Shown here: one piece after another, positions 49,687 through 58,563 of the stretch
Numbering within the stretch: the stretch's first letter is position 1
Layout of the letters: every line of letters begins with the position of its first letter
Assembly: GCA_963718615.1 (NCBI GenBank)
Contig: OY970368.1
Span: 2,944,001-3,008,000, forward strand
Direction of reading: 5' to 3'
DNA from: an uncultured cyanobacterium
GTDB taxonomy: Bacteria; Cyanobacteriota; Cyanobacteriia; PCC-9006; JAAUQQ01
DNA: 64,000 nucleotides
The notes under the pieces: generated by a model
What the model was told of the DNA's origin: nothing
Seen by the model: the letters and a program-made list of their open reading frames with translations, nothing else
Databases searched by the model: none
Translations under genes and position numbers: made by a program

Positions 49687-52014
49687 ATGGAGCCGATGAT
49701 TCTTGCTAAAGCAGGATTACCCTCAATATCTCGGGGTTTGGTCATGACTGCAGGACAGCATTCTGAGACGCGTTCTGAGCCAGAGGTGAAGACTTGCTTG
49801 AAAGCGGCGATCGAGCAGCATCGCGCAGGACAGCTTATTCAGGCGGAGAAGCTCTATCAAAGGGTTCTCCAACATCCGTCCTGCGATCGCCAACAGCGGG
49901 CAGAAGCTTATAATAATCTGGGAATTACCCTCCAGCAGCAAAACAAATGGCAAGAGGCTGCCGGGGCTTATCGCAGGGCGATGGAGGAAATGCCCACCTT
50001 GGTTGAGGCTTACTTCAATTTAGGGACTGTGCTGCAGGCGCAGGAGCGATCTTCAGCAGCTATCCTGGCCTATCAGGAGGCGGTGCAGCTTCAGCCAGAT
50101 TATATTGAAGTGTATTACAACTTAGGTCGGCTTTATCATCAACAGGGATTGCTGTTAGAGGCTGAGCAGACCTATCGACAGGGACTAAACTATCGTCCTG
50201 ATGACGTCGAAGTTCAGAAGGCATTGGGTCATCTTTGTTATGAACAGCATCGCTTGGAAGAGGCACAAAATGCCTATGAGAAAGTGATTCAGATTGATCC
50301 TCAAGATGCTAAGGCTCACTATAGTCTAGGGGTTACTTTAAAAGCTCTGGGAAATTCATCAGCCGCAATTCAAGCCTATGTACAAGCCTTGCGCTGCAAT
50401 CCAGATTATTTTGAAGCCCATAATAATCTAGGGACGCTTCTCCAGGAAGCGGGGCGGTTTGATCTCGCAATTCAGGCCTTTCAGCAGGCGCTTAAGTGTC
50501 AGCCCAACTACGCCAGAGGTTATGCTAATTTGGGGGCTATCCTCAAAAGCCAAAATCGCCTAACGGAAGCGATGAAAGCCTATGGCCAAGCGCTTGTGCT
50601 ACAGCCGAGTTTGTTCCAGGCTCGATTGGGCTTGTGCATCAGTCAACTGCCAATTATCTATGAAAGTGCAGCAGAGGTTGAAGAGCGGCGTGGACAATAT
50701 CATCAACAGTTACAGGCGCTTTTTGACTATTACCAAAAAGCGCTACCTCAGGAACGGGCTGAGGCGGCGCGCGATATTGGCCTAGTCCAGCCCTTTTATC
50801 TCACTTATCAAGGACAAAATGATCGAGAACTCCAGGCTCTATACGGTCAGCTCATGACTCAGCTAATGGCCTGCCGTTTTCCTCAATGGAGTCAACCGTT
50901 GGCAAAACGTAAGGTTCAATCCCATGAGAAGATTCGGGTTGGCATCGTTTCTGGTTTCTTTCATAATCATTCCAATTGGAAAATTCCGATTAAGGGGTGG
51001 GTACAACAGCTAGATCGCGATCGCTTTGAGCTGTGGGGATACTATACCCGTGCAAGACAAGATGAAGAGACAGCGATCGCAGCCCAGTCCTTTGATTCCT
51101 TTATTCAGGGGCCTTTGGCACTAGAAGAATGGGCGAAGTTAATTCAGGCAGATCAGCTTGATGTCTTAATTTTTCCTGAATTTGGCATGGATATGACAAC
51201 CTTGCAGTTGGGATGTTTACGACTTTCTCCCACGCAAGTGACGTCCTGGGGACATCCAGAAACGAGTGGTTTGCCGACGATTGACTATTGCCTCAGTAGT
51301 GACTTGATGGAACCACCCCAGGGGCAAGAATATTACACAGAAAATCTTGTCCGGCTGCCAAATCTGTCCATTTATTATGAACCTTTAGCGCTTTCCATAG
51401 ACAGGATTTCTAAAGCAGATATTGGTCTTGAAGAACAACAGACTCTCTATTGGTGTTGTCAATCACTTTACAAATATCTACCCCAGCATGATGATATATT
51501 TCCACGTATTGCAAAGCAAGTCGATCATGCTCGCTTTGTGTTTATCGCTCATCATAGCGATCCGGTAAATGAAGTTTTTCGAAAGCGATTACATCTTGCT
51601 TTTCAAGCGGAAGGTCTTGATCATGAAACCTATTGCATATTTTTACCTGAGATGAAGGTTAATCGCTTTGCGGGCGTTGCTGCGATCGCTGATGTTTTTT
51701 TGGATAGCTTAGGCTGGTCAGGGTGCAATTCAAGTTTTGAGTCTTTGGCCCACCAGACGCCAATTGTGACTTGTCCTGGAGAACTGATGCGTAGTCGTCA
51801 TACCTTGGCAATATTGAAAATGATGGAGCTTGAGGAGGCGATCGCCTATGACAAGTCAGAATATATCAGGATCGCGATCAGACTTGGGCTAGATCCGGTG
51901 TATCGGATGTCCATCGCCCAAAAAATTGCTATGAATAGGCATCGACTTTATTGGGATCTTGAAGCGATTCAGGCTCTAGAAGCCTTTTTGTTAGAATCAG
52001 TCGAACAAGTATAG
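49687..52014 (+). CDS. TPR + GT41 (O-GlcNAc transferase/SPINDLY/HMW1C-like) glycosyltransferase
   Basis: About 8 TPRs, 'KIRVGIVS..F.NHS', 'SWGHPETSG' and 'DVFLDS..WSGCNS'. Start uncertain (49687-49744). Confidence 0.9.
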   Translation: MEPMILAKAGLPSISRGLVMTAGQHSETRSEPEVKTCLKAAIEQHRAGQLIQAEKLYQRVLQHPSCDRQQRAEAYNNLGITLQQQNKWQEAAGAYRRAMEEMPTLVEAYFNLGTVLQAQERSSAAILAYQEAVQLQPDYIEVYYNLGRLYHQQGLLLEAEQTYRQGLNYRPDDVEVQKALGHLCYEQHRLEEAQNAYEKVIQIDPQDAKAHYSLGVTLKALGNSSAAIQAYVQALRCNPDYFEAHNNLGTLLQEAGRFDLAIQAFQQALKCQPNYARGYANLGAILKSQNRLTEAMKAYGQALVLQPSLFQARLGLCISQLPIIYESAAEVEERRGQYHQQLQALFDYYQKALPQERAEAARDIGLVQPFYLTYQGQNDRELQALYGQLMTQLMACRFPQWSQPLAKRKVQSHEKIRVGIVSGFFHNHSNWKIPIKGWVQQLDRDRFELWGYYTRARQDEETAIAAQSFDSFIQGPLALEEWAKLIQADQLDVLIFPEFGMDMTTLQLGCLRLSPTQVTSWGHPETSGLPTIDYCLSSDLMEPPQGQEYYTENLVRLPNLSIYYEPLALSIDRISKADIGLEEQQTLYWCCQSLYKYLPQHDDIFPRIAKQVDHARFVFIAHHSDPVNEVFRKRLHLAFQAEGLDHETYCIFLPEMKVNRFAGVAAIADVFLDSLGWSGCNSSFESLAHQTPIVTCPGELMRSRHTLAILKMMELEEAIAYDKSEYIRIAIRLGLDPVYRMSIAQKIAMNRHRLYWDLEAIQALEAFLLESVEQV

Positions 52015-52157
52015 AGTCAATTTTGCCAAGCGTCGAATCGTCATAAGATTTCAATACGCTGACCGCCCTAGTCTTATCCAAAAAGATATGTTTGTAATTT
52101 TATTTTTTCTTTAGAAAAATAATCAAATTAGATATTGTTTTGATCGCGAAAAGAAGA

Positions 52158-52198
52158 TGCCAAAATGGCAACATAGCGTGATAGAAGATTCGTATATT
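52158..52198 (+). promoter_or_regulatory. TGCCA-N3-TGGCA box + 22 nt + TATATT (-10) promoter
   Basis: TGCCAAAATGGCA-acatagcgtgatagaagattcg-TATATT. Confidence 0.65.
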
Positions 52199-52258
52199 GG
52201 TTGCAGTGAATCGAACAGATTCCTGGCTTAAGTTCCTACATCAACGGGAGAAACTCCA

Positions 52259-52549
52259 ATGATTATTTCTGATCTTTCCTACCTGGATAACGTTGCTGAA
52301 GAGCAAGTTGTGGGTGGTTTTTCGTTTAGTGCTAACAAGAATGTCGACATCAGCATCGGTGTTAACGAAACCATCAACATCAACAAGAATGTCAACTCTG
52401 CTGTGAACATCAGCGGCAACCTCGCAACGGCTGAGTCTGGCGCAACTGCTTTCGGCAACAACACCATTGCTGAAGCCTTTGGTTTCACCTACACGGATGC
52501 TGGTAGCTCTGCTGCTAACGCCTTCTCCGTTTCCGCTACCAACGACTAA
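52259..52549 (+). CDS. Small double-glycine-leader secreted protein, copy 1 (EbfG-like)
   Basis: MIISDLSYLDNVAEEQVVGG| followed by an N/S/A/T-rich alternating core. GGGAG RBS. Confidence 0.88.
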   Translation: MIISDLSYLDNVAEEQVVGGFSFSANKNVDISIGVNETININKNVNSAVNISGNLATAESGATAFGNNTIAEAFGFTYTDAGSSAANAFSVSATND

Positions 52550-52560
52550 TTAATTAGTCA

Positions 52561-52584
52561 TTCCGAGGTCTTCGGTCCTCGGAA
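52561..52584 (+). terminator. C(UUCG)G stem-loop after copy 1 (stabiliser or weak terminator)
   Basis: TTCCGAGGTC-TTCG-GTCCTCGGAA, with no clean poly-U tail. Confidence 0.6.
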
Positions 52585-52664
52585 TTGTTTGGTCATTATG
52601 GCAGGTTTGAAAAACAGATTGCCATTCTTTTATTCCCTTAATTTCCACTTGAAGGAGAACTCCA

Positions 52665-52955
52665 ATGATTATTTCTGATCTTTCCTACCTGGATAACGTT
52701 GCTGAAGAGCAAGTTGTGGGTGGTTTTTCGTTTAGTGCTAACAAGAATGTCGACATCAGCATCGGCGTCAACGAAACCATCAACATCGACAAAAATGTTA
52801 CCTCCGTTGTAAGCATCAGCGGCAATCTCGCAACAGCTGAGTCTGGCGCAACTGCTTTCGGCAACAACACTATTGCTGAAGCCTTTGGCTTCACCTACAC
52901 GGATGCTGGTAGCTCTGCTGCTAACGCCTTCTCCGTTTCCGCTACCAACGACTAA
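52665..52955 (+). CDS. Small double-glycine-leader secreted protein, copy 2
   Basis: 92 of 96 residues identical to copy 1. AAGGAG RBS. Confidence 0.88.
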   Translation: MIISDLSYLDNVAEEQVVGGFSFSANKNVDISIGVNETINIDKNVTSVVSISGNLATAESGATAFGNNTIAEAFGFTYTDAGSSAANAFSVSATND

Positions 52956-52966
52956 TTAATTAGTCA

Positions 52967-52990
52967 ATCCGAGGCCTTCGGGCCTCGGAT
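52967..52990 (+). terminator. C(UUCG)G stem-loop after copy 2
   Basis: ATCCGAGGCC-TTCG-GGCCTCGGAT, a perfect 10-bp stem. Confidence 0.65.
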
Positions 52991-53141
52991 ATTTGGGTTG
53001 ACGGGAAGACATTAAATGGCAATTATTGCTGTTGTTTTACCGATTAAGAATTTTGAGTCGAGATTGCTCTACTTCGAAGACCATAACTCTAAACGGCTAT
53101 TCTTCGTGTCTGTTTAACTGAGCTTTTGAAGAGAGACTCTC

Positions 53142-53438
53142 ATGATTATTGCTGATCTAAACTATTTTGAAAATGCTGATGACCGACCGACCTATGGTGG
53201 GTTTTATGTTGGGGAATCTAAAAAAATTGGAATTGAAGTTAACATAGCAGAAAATGTCTTAATTGGTAAAAATCTCAAGGCTGTTCTTTTGCTCCAGGGT
53301 AATTTGTCTACGGCGGAAGCAGGCGCAACGGCTTTTGGTAAGAACACTCTGGCTGAAGCCTTTGGGTTTACCTATACCGACCATAACGGTTCTTCCTCCA
53401 ACTCCTTCTCGATTTCTGCAACCTCCTCTGGAGCTTAA
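53142..53438 (+). CDS. Small double-glycine-leader protein, divergent paralogue 3
   Basis: MIIADLNYFENADDRPTYGG|. Shares 'GNL.TAE.GATAFG.NT.AEAFGFTYTD' with copies 1 and 2. Confidence 0.85.
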   Translation: MIIADLNYFENADDRPTYGGFYVGESKKIGIEVNIAENVLIGKNLKAVLLLQGNLSTAEAGATAFGKNTLAEAFGFTYTDHNGSSSNSFSISATSSGA

Positions 53439-53443
53439 GAACG

Positions 53444-56400
53444 ATGAATCAGCTTAGGCATAATGCAGCTTTTTCCATGGATACAGTTGTGCTGAATCAT
53501 CAAGTTGCTGTAGTGACTGGAGGAGGAAGGGGTCTGGGTCAAGCCTATGCCTTAGCCTTAGCCACATCGGGTGCAAAAGTTGCGGTGATTGCTCGTTCTT
53601 TCCAACAGCTTGAAGACACTGTTAACGCTATTCAAACTTTAGGTGGGCAGGCGATCGCTATTCCTGCTGATGTCACGGAGCCGAAAACCTGCGAGCAGGC
53701 GATCGCTCAAATTCAGGATCAGCTAGGGCCGATTGACCTGCTGATTAACAATGCCGGTGTGTTTACGCCCATTGGTCCACTGTGGCAGACTTCGCCCCAG
53801 GATTGGTGGCAAACCCTTGAAGTCAATCTTAAAGGCTCCTTTCTATATAGCCATGCCATTCTATCGTCAATGGTGGCTCGTCAACAGGGTCGCATTATTA
53901 ATGTGGTGAGTGAGGCAGGTCTCTTAGGAATTCCTTACTGTTCATCCTATGGGGTTAGCAAAACGGCGCTAATTCGCTTGAGTGAAACCTTGGCTTTAGA
54001 GGCTGCGACCCACAACGTCTACATTTTTGCACTGGATCCTGGAGCCGTTCGAACGACGATGACCGATATTCGGCATTCCCCTGAAGCGCAACAGTGGATT
54101 CCCTGGTGTAATCAAGCCTTTGGGCAGAATCAAGACGTTTCCCTGCAACGGGTTGCTGATGTGATACTACGTCTAGCTTCGGGTCAGTACGACGCTTTGT
54201 CAGGGCGATATCTTCATGCAACAGATGACCTAGCGGCTTTGCTTCAGAAAAGTTCAGAAATTCAAAACCAGCAAGCCTATGTTCTTCGACTAGGTCGATT
54301 AGACCTACCTCTTGTGTCAACAACTCCTATTGATGAGCTTTTGCAACAGGCGATCGCAGTAGAGCCGCAGGATATTGACCAAGCCCAACAACTCTATCAT
54401 CGTATACTAACGGCACAGCCCCATCATCAGGATGTTCTTTATCGCCTCGGTCATTTAGCCCAGCGCCAGGGTCAGCCGAAAGAGGCTATGCAATGGTGGC
54501 AAAGGCTTTTGAATGTCAACTCCCATTCGCTTAAAGCCTGGTTTAGCTTAGGCAATCTCTATCAGGCTGAAGGAGATTTACAGGCTGCTGAAATGGCCTA
54601 CCGTCAAGCCCTTGTGCTTCAGCCACAGCAGGGAGTTCTCTACAATAATTTAGGTTATGTGCTTCATCAACAGACTCGACTTGATGAAGCTATTGTCTGT
54701 TACCAAACGGCTCTAAAACTTCAACCGACCAGTGTCGAAACCGAGGCTAATCTCGGTCACACATTACAGGCACAGGGAGAGCTCTCTTCAGAACAACAGG
54801 CCTATTATGGAGCGCTCAATTATCGGTTGGGTGTTCATCGGCATCAGAGGGGAGATAAAGCAACTGCGGAAGTTTATTATCGACGGGCGATCGCTCTAGA
54901 TCCTACCGTAATTGATTTTTATCTCTCTCTGGGTCAACTATTGCAAGAACAGTGCAAGTTGGATGAAGCGATCCTATCCTTAGAAAAGGCTCTGGTCCTG
55001 CTTGGCGCTCAGTCTCAGGCCCAAACTCAAGTCCAAGCTCCAACCCAACCTCAACCTCAGAAACCTCAGATTCAATCTGAACAACGCCAGACTCAAGAGA
55101 TTAAAACCTATTTTAAACTCGGTCAGCTCTACCAATATCAACGTCAACTGAAGAATGCCGTTGTGATGTATCGGCAGGGGCTGATTCTGGCGAATCCTCA
55201 CTATGCTCAAGCGATCGCAGCCCAGCCTGCTCATGCTAGCGAATTGGTGACCGACGTTCCCACGACACCTTCTATTTCACTCGGAGAAGTGAGGGTGGGA
55301 GACTATCTATTTCCTGCAATTCCTGCGGTTCAAGACTTGGAAACCTCTCGACCTTTTTGGTCTGTTGTAATTCCGGTTTATCGTCGTACGGATTATGTAT
55401 TGGAGGCGATCGCCAGTGTGCTCAGGCAATGGCCTGGCCCAGCAGCTATGGAAATTTTGGTAATGGATAATGCCAGCGATCCACCTCTGTTCGAATGGGT
55501 AAATCAGCTCGGTCAAGGAATTATTCGTTACTATCGTAATTCTCAAAATGTGGGTGTAGTCAACAACTCTAACCTAGGCATTGCTCTGAGTCGAGGGCAA
55601 TGGATTCACGTTCTGCATGATGATGATTGTGTTTTGCCCGGATTCTATCAGAATCTTCAAGCGAGTTTAGAGTCTTGTCCGGACTCTGTTGGAGTTGCCT
55701 GCACTGGCTTTGAATATTTTGATGAGATGGGCAATGCTTTAGAGACTGGCGAAGTCAGTTCAATCTACGGTTCCAATCGGGGGATCATGCAAGATTGGCT
55801 AGCTCGGATTGGAGTCTGTGGTTTGGTGACGATTCCTGCCATGGTGGTGCGTCGCGCAACCCATGAACATTTGGGTGGGTACTATCCGGCGTTGCCAGAA
55901 ATTGCGGACTGGGAAATCTTTAAGCGTTATGCGTCCTTTTATGATTGGTGGTACGAGCCAGGAATTTTAGCCCGTTATCGTGAACATACGCGAAAAATGA
56001 CGCCGGAGAATTGGCGCACGGGAACCATCGCAGAATCAATTCGCTTGGCGATCGAAGTGTCTGATAGCTATTTTCCAGAAGCGCAGCGTCAGGCGATTTC
56101 GCTCAGTGCACGTCGTCATAATTTTAACTATTGCCTGAGTCGGTTATCTATTCCGTTAGAAATGGGCAATCAGGCCGGTGCCCTGCGAATTTTGCGAGAG
56201 GTTCTCAAGATTGATCAGTCGACGGCAGCGATCGCCAAGCTCTTGACTTGGTTGAAGGAAAAGCAAGCAGAGCCGATACGCGAACTCATTTTCTCTCAAC
56301 TATTCTCCCTAAATAGCGAGACTGAAAAATCGAGCAGAGTAGAATTATCCCAAAATCCTTTGCTTTCCTGTGCCGCTAATCAATCAACTTTTTCATCTAG

Positions 56401-57457
56401 TTCTCAGTCCATAACGATTGGCAATACTCAGTTTCCGGCAATTCCTCCCCTACCCACCATTGCGGTTGAACGACCCTTTTGGAGCGTTATTATTCCGGTC
56501 TATAATCGGATTGATTATCTATCCGAATGTCTGAACAGTGTGCTTTCCCAGGATCCTGGAGCAGACAGAATGGAAATTCTAGTCATGGACGACGCTAGTC
56601 TGGAATTATCGGAGACAATTCATGCTCTAGTCAGCTCCTTAGGAAAAGGCCGGGTGCGTTATTTTCGCAATGCCCAGCGTCAAGGTTTACCCGGTAATTG
56701 GAATTGTGGACTTTTGCATAGTCGGGGTCAATGGATTCATGTGTTGCATGATGATGATTATGTACTTCCCGGATTCTATAACCATCTCCAGAAGAGCTTA
56801 GAAGATGCTCCAGTTTCTGTCGGTGCTGCATTTACGGGTTACGAAAATATTGATGAAGCAGGAAAGACAATCTTTACCCGTAGTTATGGGGATTCCCAGG
56901 GTATTGTGCAAAATTGGCTTCAAACCATTGGCGTTTCTAATCCTTTAAATATGCCTGCCGTTGTCATCCGTCGTTCGGTCCATGAGCAGCTTGGGGGATA
57001 TCATCCTCAACTGACCTATACCAGCGATTGGGAGCTGTACAAGCGGATCGCCTCTTTTTATGATTGGTGGCATGAGCCTGGAATTTTGGCGCGGTATCGT
57101 GAACATCGTCAAAGTAAGACTTCGGAGCTTTTTCTCAGTGGTGCTCAGGTGGATTCGATTCGACAGGCGATCGAGATATCTACGGGATATCTTCCTGCTG
57201 AGTGTAATGAATATGTAACCGAAAAGTCGCGCCAGTACTACGTTGCTTACTGTTTGAAGCTTGCATCAATTCCGCTTCAGGCCGGAATGACAGAAAATGC
57301 TTGGAGACTCGTTCAAGAAACATTCAAAATTGATCAATCTCCAACCTCAGTCTCTCGGTTCTTTGACTGGCTAACCCAGACTGATCAATCGTTAATTCAG
57401 TCAGAATTTCTGCCTAGACTTATAGATTTAGAATTGGATAAAGGTCGTCTGCAATGA
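53444..57457 (+). CDS. SDR-TPR-GT2-GT2 multidomain fusion protein
   Basis: TGGGRGLG, NNAG and YGVSK (SDR), then TPRs, then two GT2 domains starting RPFWSV at 55349 and 56471, each with LHDDD. Confidence 0.88.
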   Translation: MNQLRHNAAFSMDTVVLNHQVAVVTGGGRGLGQAYALALATSGAKVAVIARSFQQLEDTVNAIQTLGGQAIAIPADVTEPKTCEQAIAQIQDQLGPIDLLINNAGVFTPIGPLWQTSPQDWWQTLEVNLKGSFLYSHAILSSMVARQQGRIINVVSEAGLLGIPYCSSYGVSKTALIRLSETLALEAATHNVYIFALDPGAVRTTMTDIRHSPEAQQWIPWCNQAFGQNQDVSLQRVADVILRLASGQYDALSGRYLHATDDLAALLQKSSEIQNQQAYVLRLGRLDLPLVSTTPIDELLQQAIAVEPQDIDQAQQLYHRILTAQPHHQDVLYRLGHLAQRQGQPKEAMQWWQRLLNVNSHSLKAWFSLGNLYQAEGDLQAAEMAYRQALVLQPQQGVLYNNLGYVLHQQTRLDEAIVCYQTALKLQPTSVETEANLGHTLQAQGELSSEQQAYYGALNYRLGVHRHQRGDKATAEVYYRRAIALDPTVIDFYLSLGQLLQEQCKLDEAILSLEKALVLLGAQSQAQTQVQAPTQPQPQKPQIQSEQRQTQEIKTYFKLGQLYQYQRQLKNAVVMYRQGLILANPHYAQAIAAQPAHASELVTDVPTTPSISLGEVRVGDYLFPAIPAVQDLETSRPFWSVVIPVYRRTDYVLEAIASVLRQWPGPAAMEILVMDNASDPPLFEWVNQLGQGIIRYYRNSQNVGVVNNSNLGIALSRGQWIHVLHDDDCVLPGFYQNLQASLESCPDSVGVACTGFEYFDEMGNALETGEVSSIYGSNRGIMQDWLARIGVCGLVTIPAMVVRRATHEHLGGYYPALPEIADWEIFKRYASFYDWWYEPGILARYREHTRKMTPENWRTGTIAESIRLAIEVSDSYFPEAQRQAISLSARRHNFNYCLSRLSIPLEMGNQAGALRILREVLKIDQSTAAIAKLLTWLKEKQAEPIRELIFSQLFSLNSETEKSSRVELSQNPLLSCAANQSTFSSSSQSITIGNTQFPAIPPLPTIAVERPFWSVIIPVYNRIDYLSECLNSVLSQDPGADRMEILVMDDASLELSETIHALVSSLGKGRVRYFRNAQRQGLPGNWNCGLLHSRGQWIHVLHDDDYVLPGFYNHLQKSLEDAPVSVGAAFTGYENIDEAGKTIFTRSYGDSQGIVQNWLQTIGVSNPLNMPAVVIRRSVHEQLGGYHPQLTYTSDWELYKRIASFYDWWHEPGILARYREHRQSKTSELFLSGAQVDSIRQAIEISTGYLPAECNEYVTEKSRQYYVAYCLKLASIPLQAGMTENAWRLVQETFKIDQSPTSVSRFFDWLTQTDQSLIQSEFLPRLIDLELDKGRLQ

Positions 57458-58524
57458 ATATTAATTTTTGGCAAGGAAAACGGGTTTTAGTCACTGGGCA
57501 TACTGGTTTTAAGGGCAGTTGGCTGTCGCTGTGGTTACAATCCATGGGGGTCGAATTGTTAGGGTATGCTTTGCAGCCTCCGACAAATCCTAGTCTCTTT
57601 GAAGTGGCAAGCGTTGCAGAAGGGATGACCTCAATTCTTGGAGATGTCGGAGACGCTCAGCATTTGCATTCGGTATTGGCTGAGTTTCAGCCGGAAATAG
57701 TGCTACATCTTGCAGCTCAGTCCGTTGTTCACACGTCCTATTTAGATCCAGTTACTACCTATCATTCAAATGTGATGGGGACTATCTATCTGCTCGAAGC
57801 GATTCGCCAAGTTCCCAGCGTTCGCTCGGTTGTCATTGTGACTTCAGATAAATGCTATGAAAACCGAGAATGGGTTTGGGGCTATCGAGAAACAGATACG
57901 CTAGGGGGCTATGATCCTTACAGCAGCAGCAAAGCCTGTGCTGAACTCGTTACCGCTGCCTATCGCAATTCTTTTTTTAATCCCAATGACTACGCTGAAC
58001 ATGGTGTGGCGATCGCCACAGCCCGAGCTGGAAACGTCATTGCTGGCGGCGATTGGACTGCGGATGGATTAATTGCAGATATTGTCCGTGCGCTGCTACA
58101 AAACCAGATTGTTCAAATTCGCAATCCCTATTCAACCCGTCCTTGGCAGCATGTCTTGAATGCCCTAGAGGGGTATCTTACTCTTGCAGAAAGACTTTAC
58201 TGCCAAGGCATTGCTTTTACGGGGGCTTGGAACTTTGGTCCCTATGAATCTTTTGTTAAACCTGTCGGTTGGATTGTCGAACAAATGCTTACGAGTTGGG
58301 GTGAGGGTAGCAGTTGGCAAGCGAATCAAACTCAATATTTTCATGAGCAAATTGCCTTGAGCCTAGATAGTTCAAAGGCACGATTCAAGCTGAACTGGCG
58401 GCCTCAGCTTTCCTTAGAAGACTCTCTAGATCAGATCATTTCCTGGACTAAAGCATATCGAGCCCAAGAAAATATGCGGCAAGTCAGTCTGGAAACTATT
58501 GCTCAGTTTCTGCGGAAAAGTTGA
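57454..58524 (+). CDS. rfbG: CDP-glucose 4,6-dehydratase
   Basis: TGHTGFKGSW, TSDKCY, YSSSK, RAGNVI and RPWQHV. Confidence 0.95.
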   Translation: MNINFWQGKRVLVTGHTGFKGSWLSLWLQSMGVELLGYALQPPTNPSLFEVASVAEGMTSILGDVGDAQHLHSVLAEFQPEIVLHLAAQSVVHTSYLDPVTTYHSNVMGTIYLLEAIRQVPSVRSVVIVTSDKCYENREWVWGYRETDTLGGYDPYSSSKACAELVTAAYRNSFFNPNDYAEHGVAIATARAGNVIAGGDWTADGLIADIVRALLQNQIVQIRNPYSTRPWQHVLNALEGYLTLAERLYCQGIAFTGAWNFGPYESFVKPVGWIVEQMLTSWGEGSSWQANQTQYFHEQIALSLDSSKARFKLNWRPQLSLEDSLDQIISWTKAYRAQENMRQVSLETIAQFLRKS

Positions 58525-58563
58525 TCTTCTGCCAAATTTAAATCTTTTTCTTGCTCAAAATTC

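Larger units (their letters stand above)
52247..52990 (+). repeat. Tandem duplication (~340-bp unit: RBS + gene + palindrome + hairpin)
   Basis: 52247-52584 vs 52654-52990 are near-identical. Confidence 0.9.

Noticed and set aside
52591-52603. Fourth TGCCA-N3-TGGCA-like box (GGTCATTATGGCA)
   Set aside because: Two mismatches and no TAnnnT at 22 nt.
52247-52990. CRISPR array or mobile-element repeats
   Set aside because: The repeats are whole coding genes with no repeat-spacer periodicity. No cas or transposase genes occur in the window.
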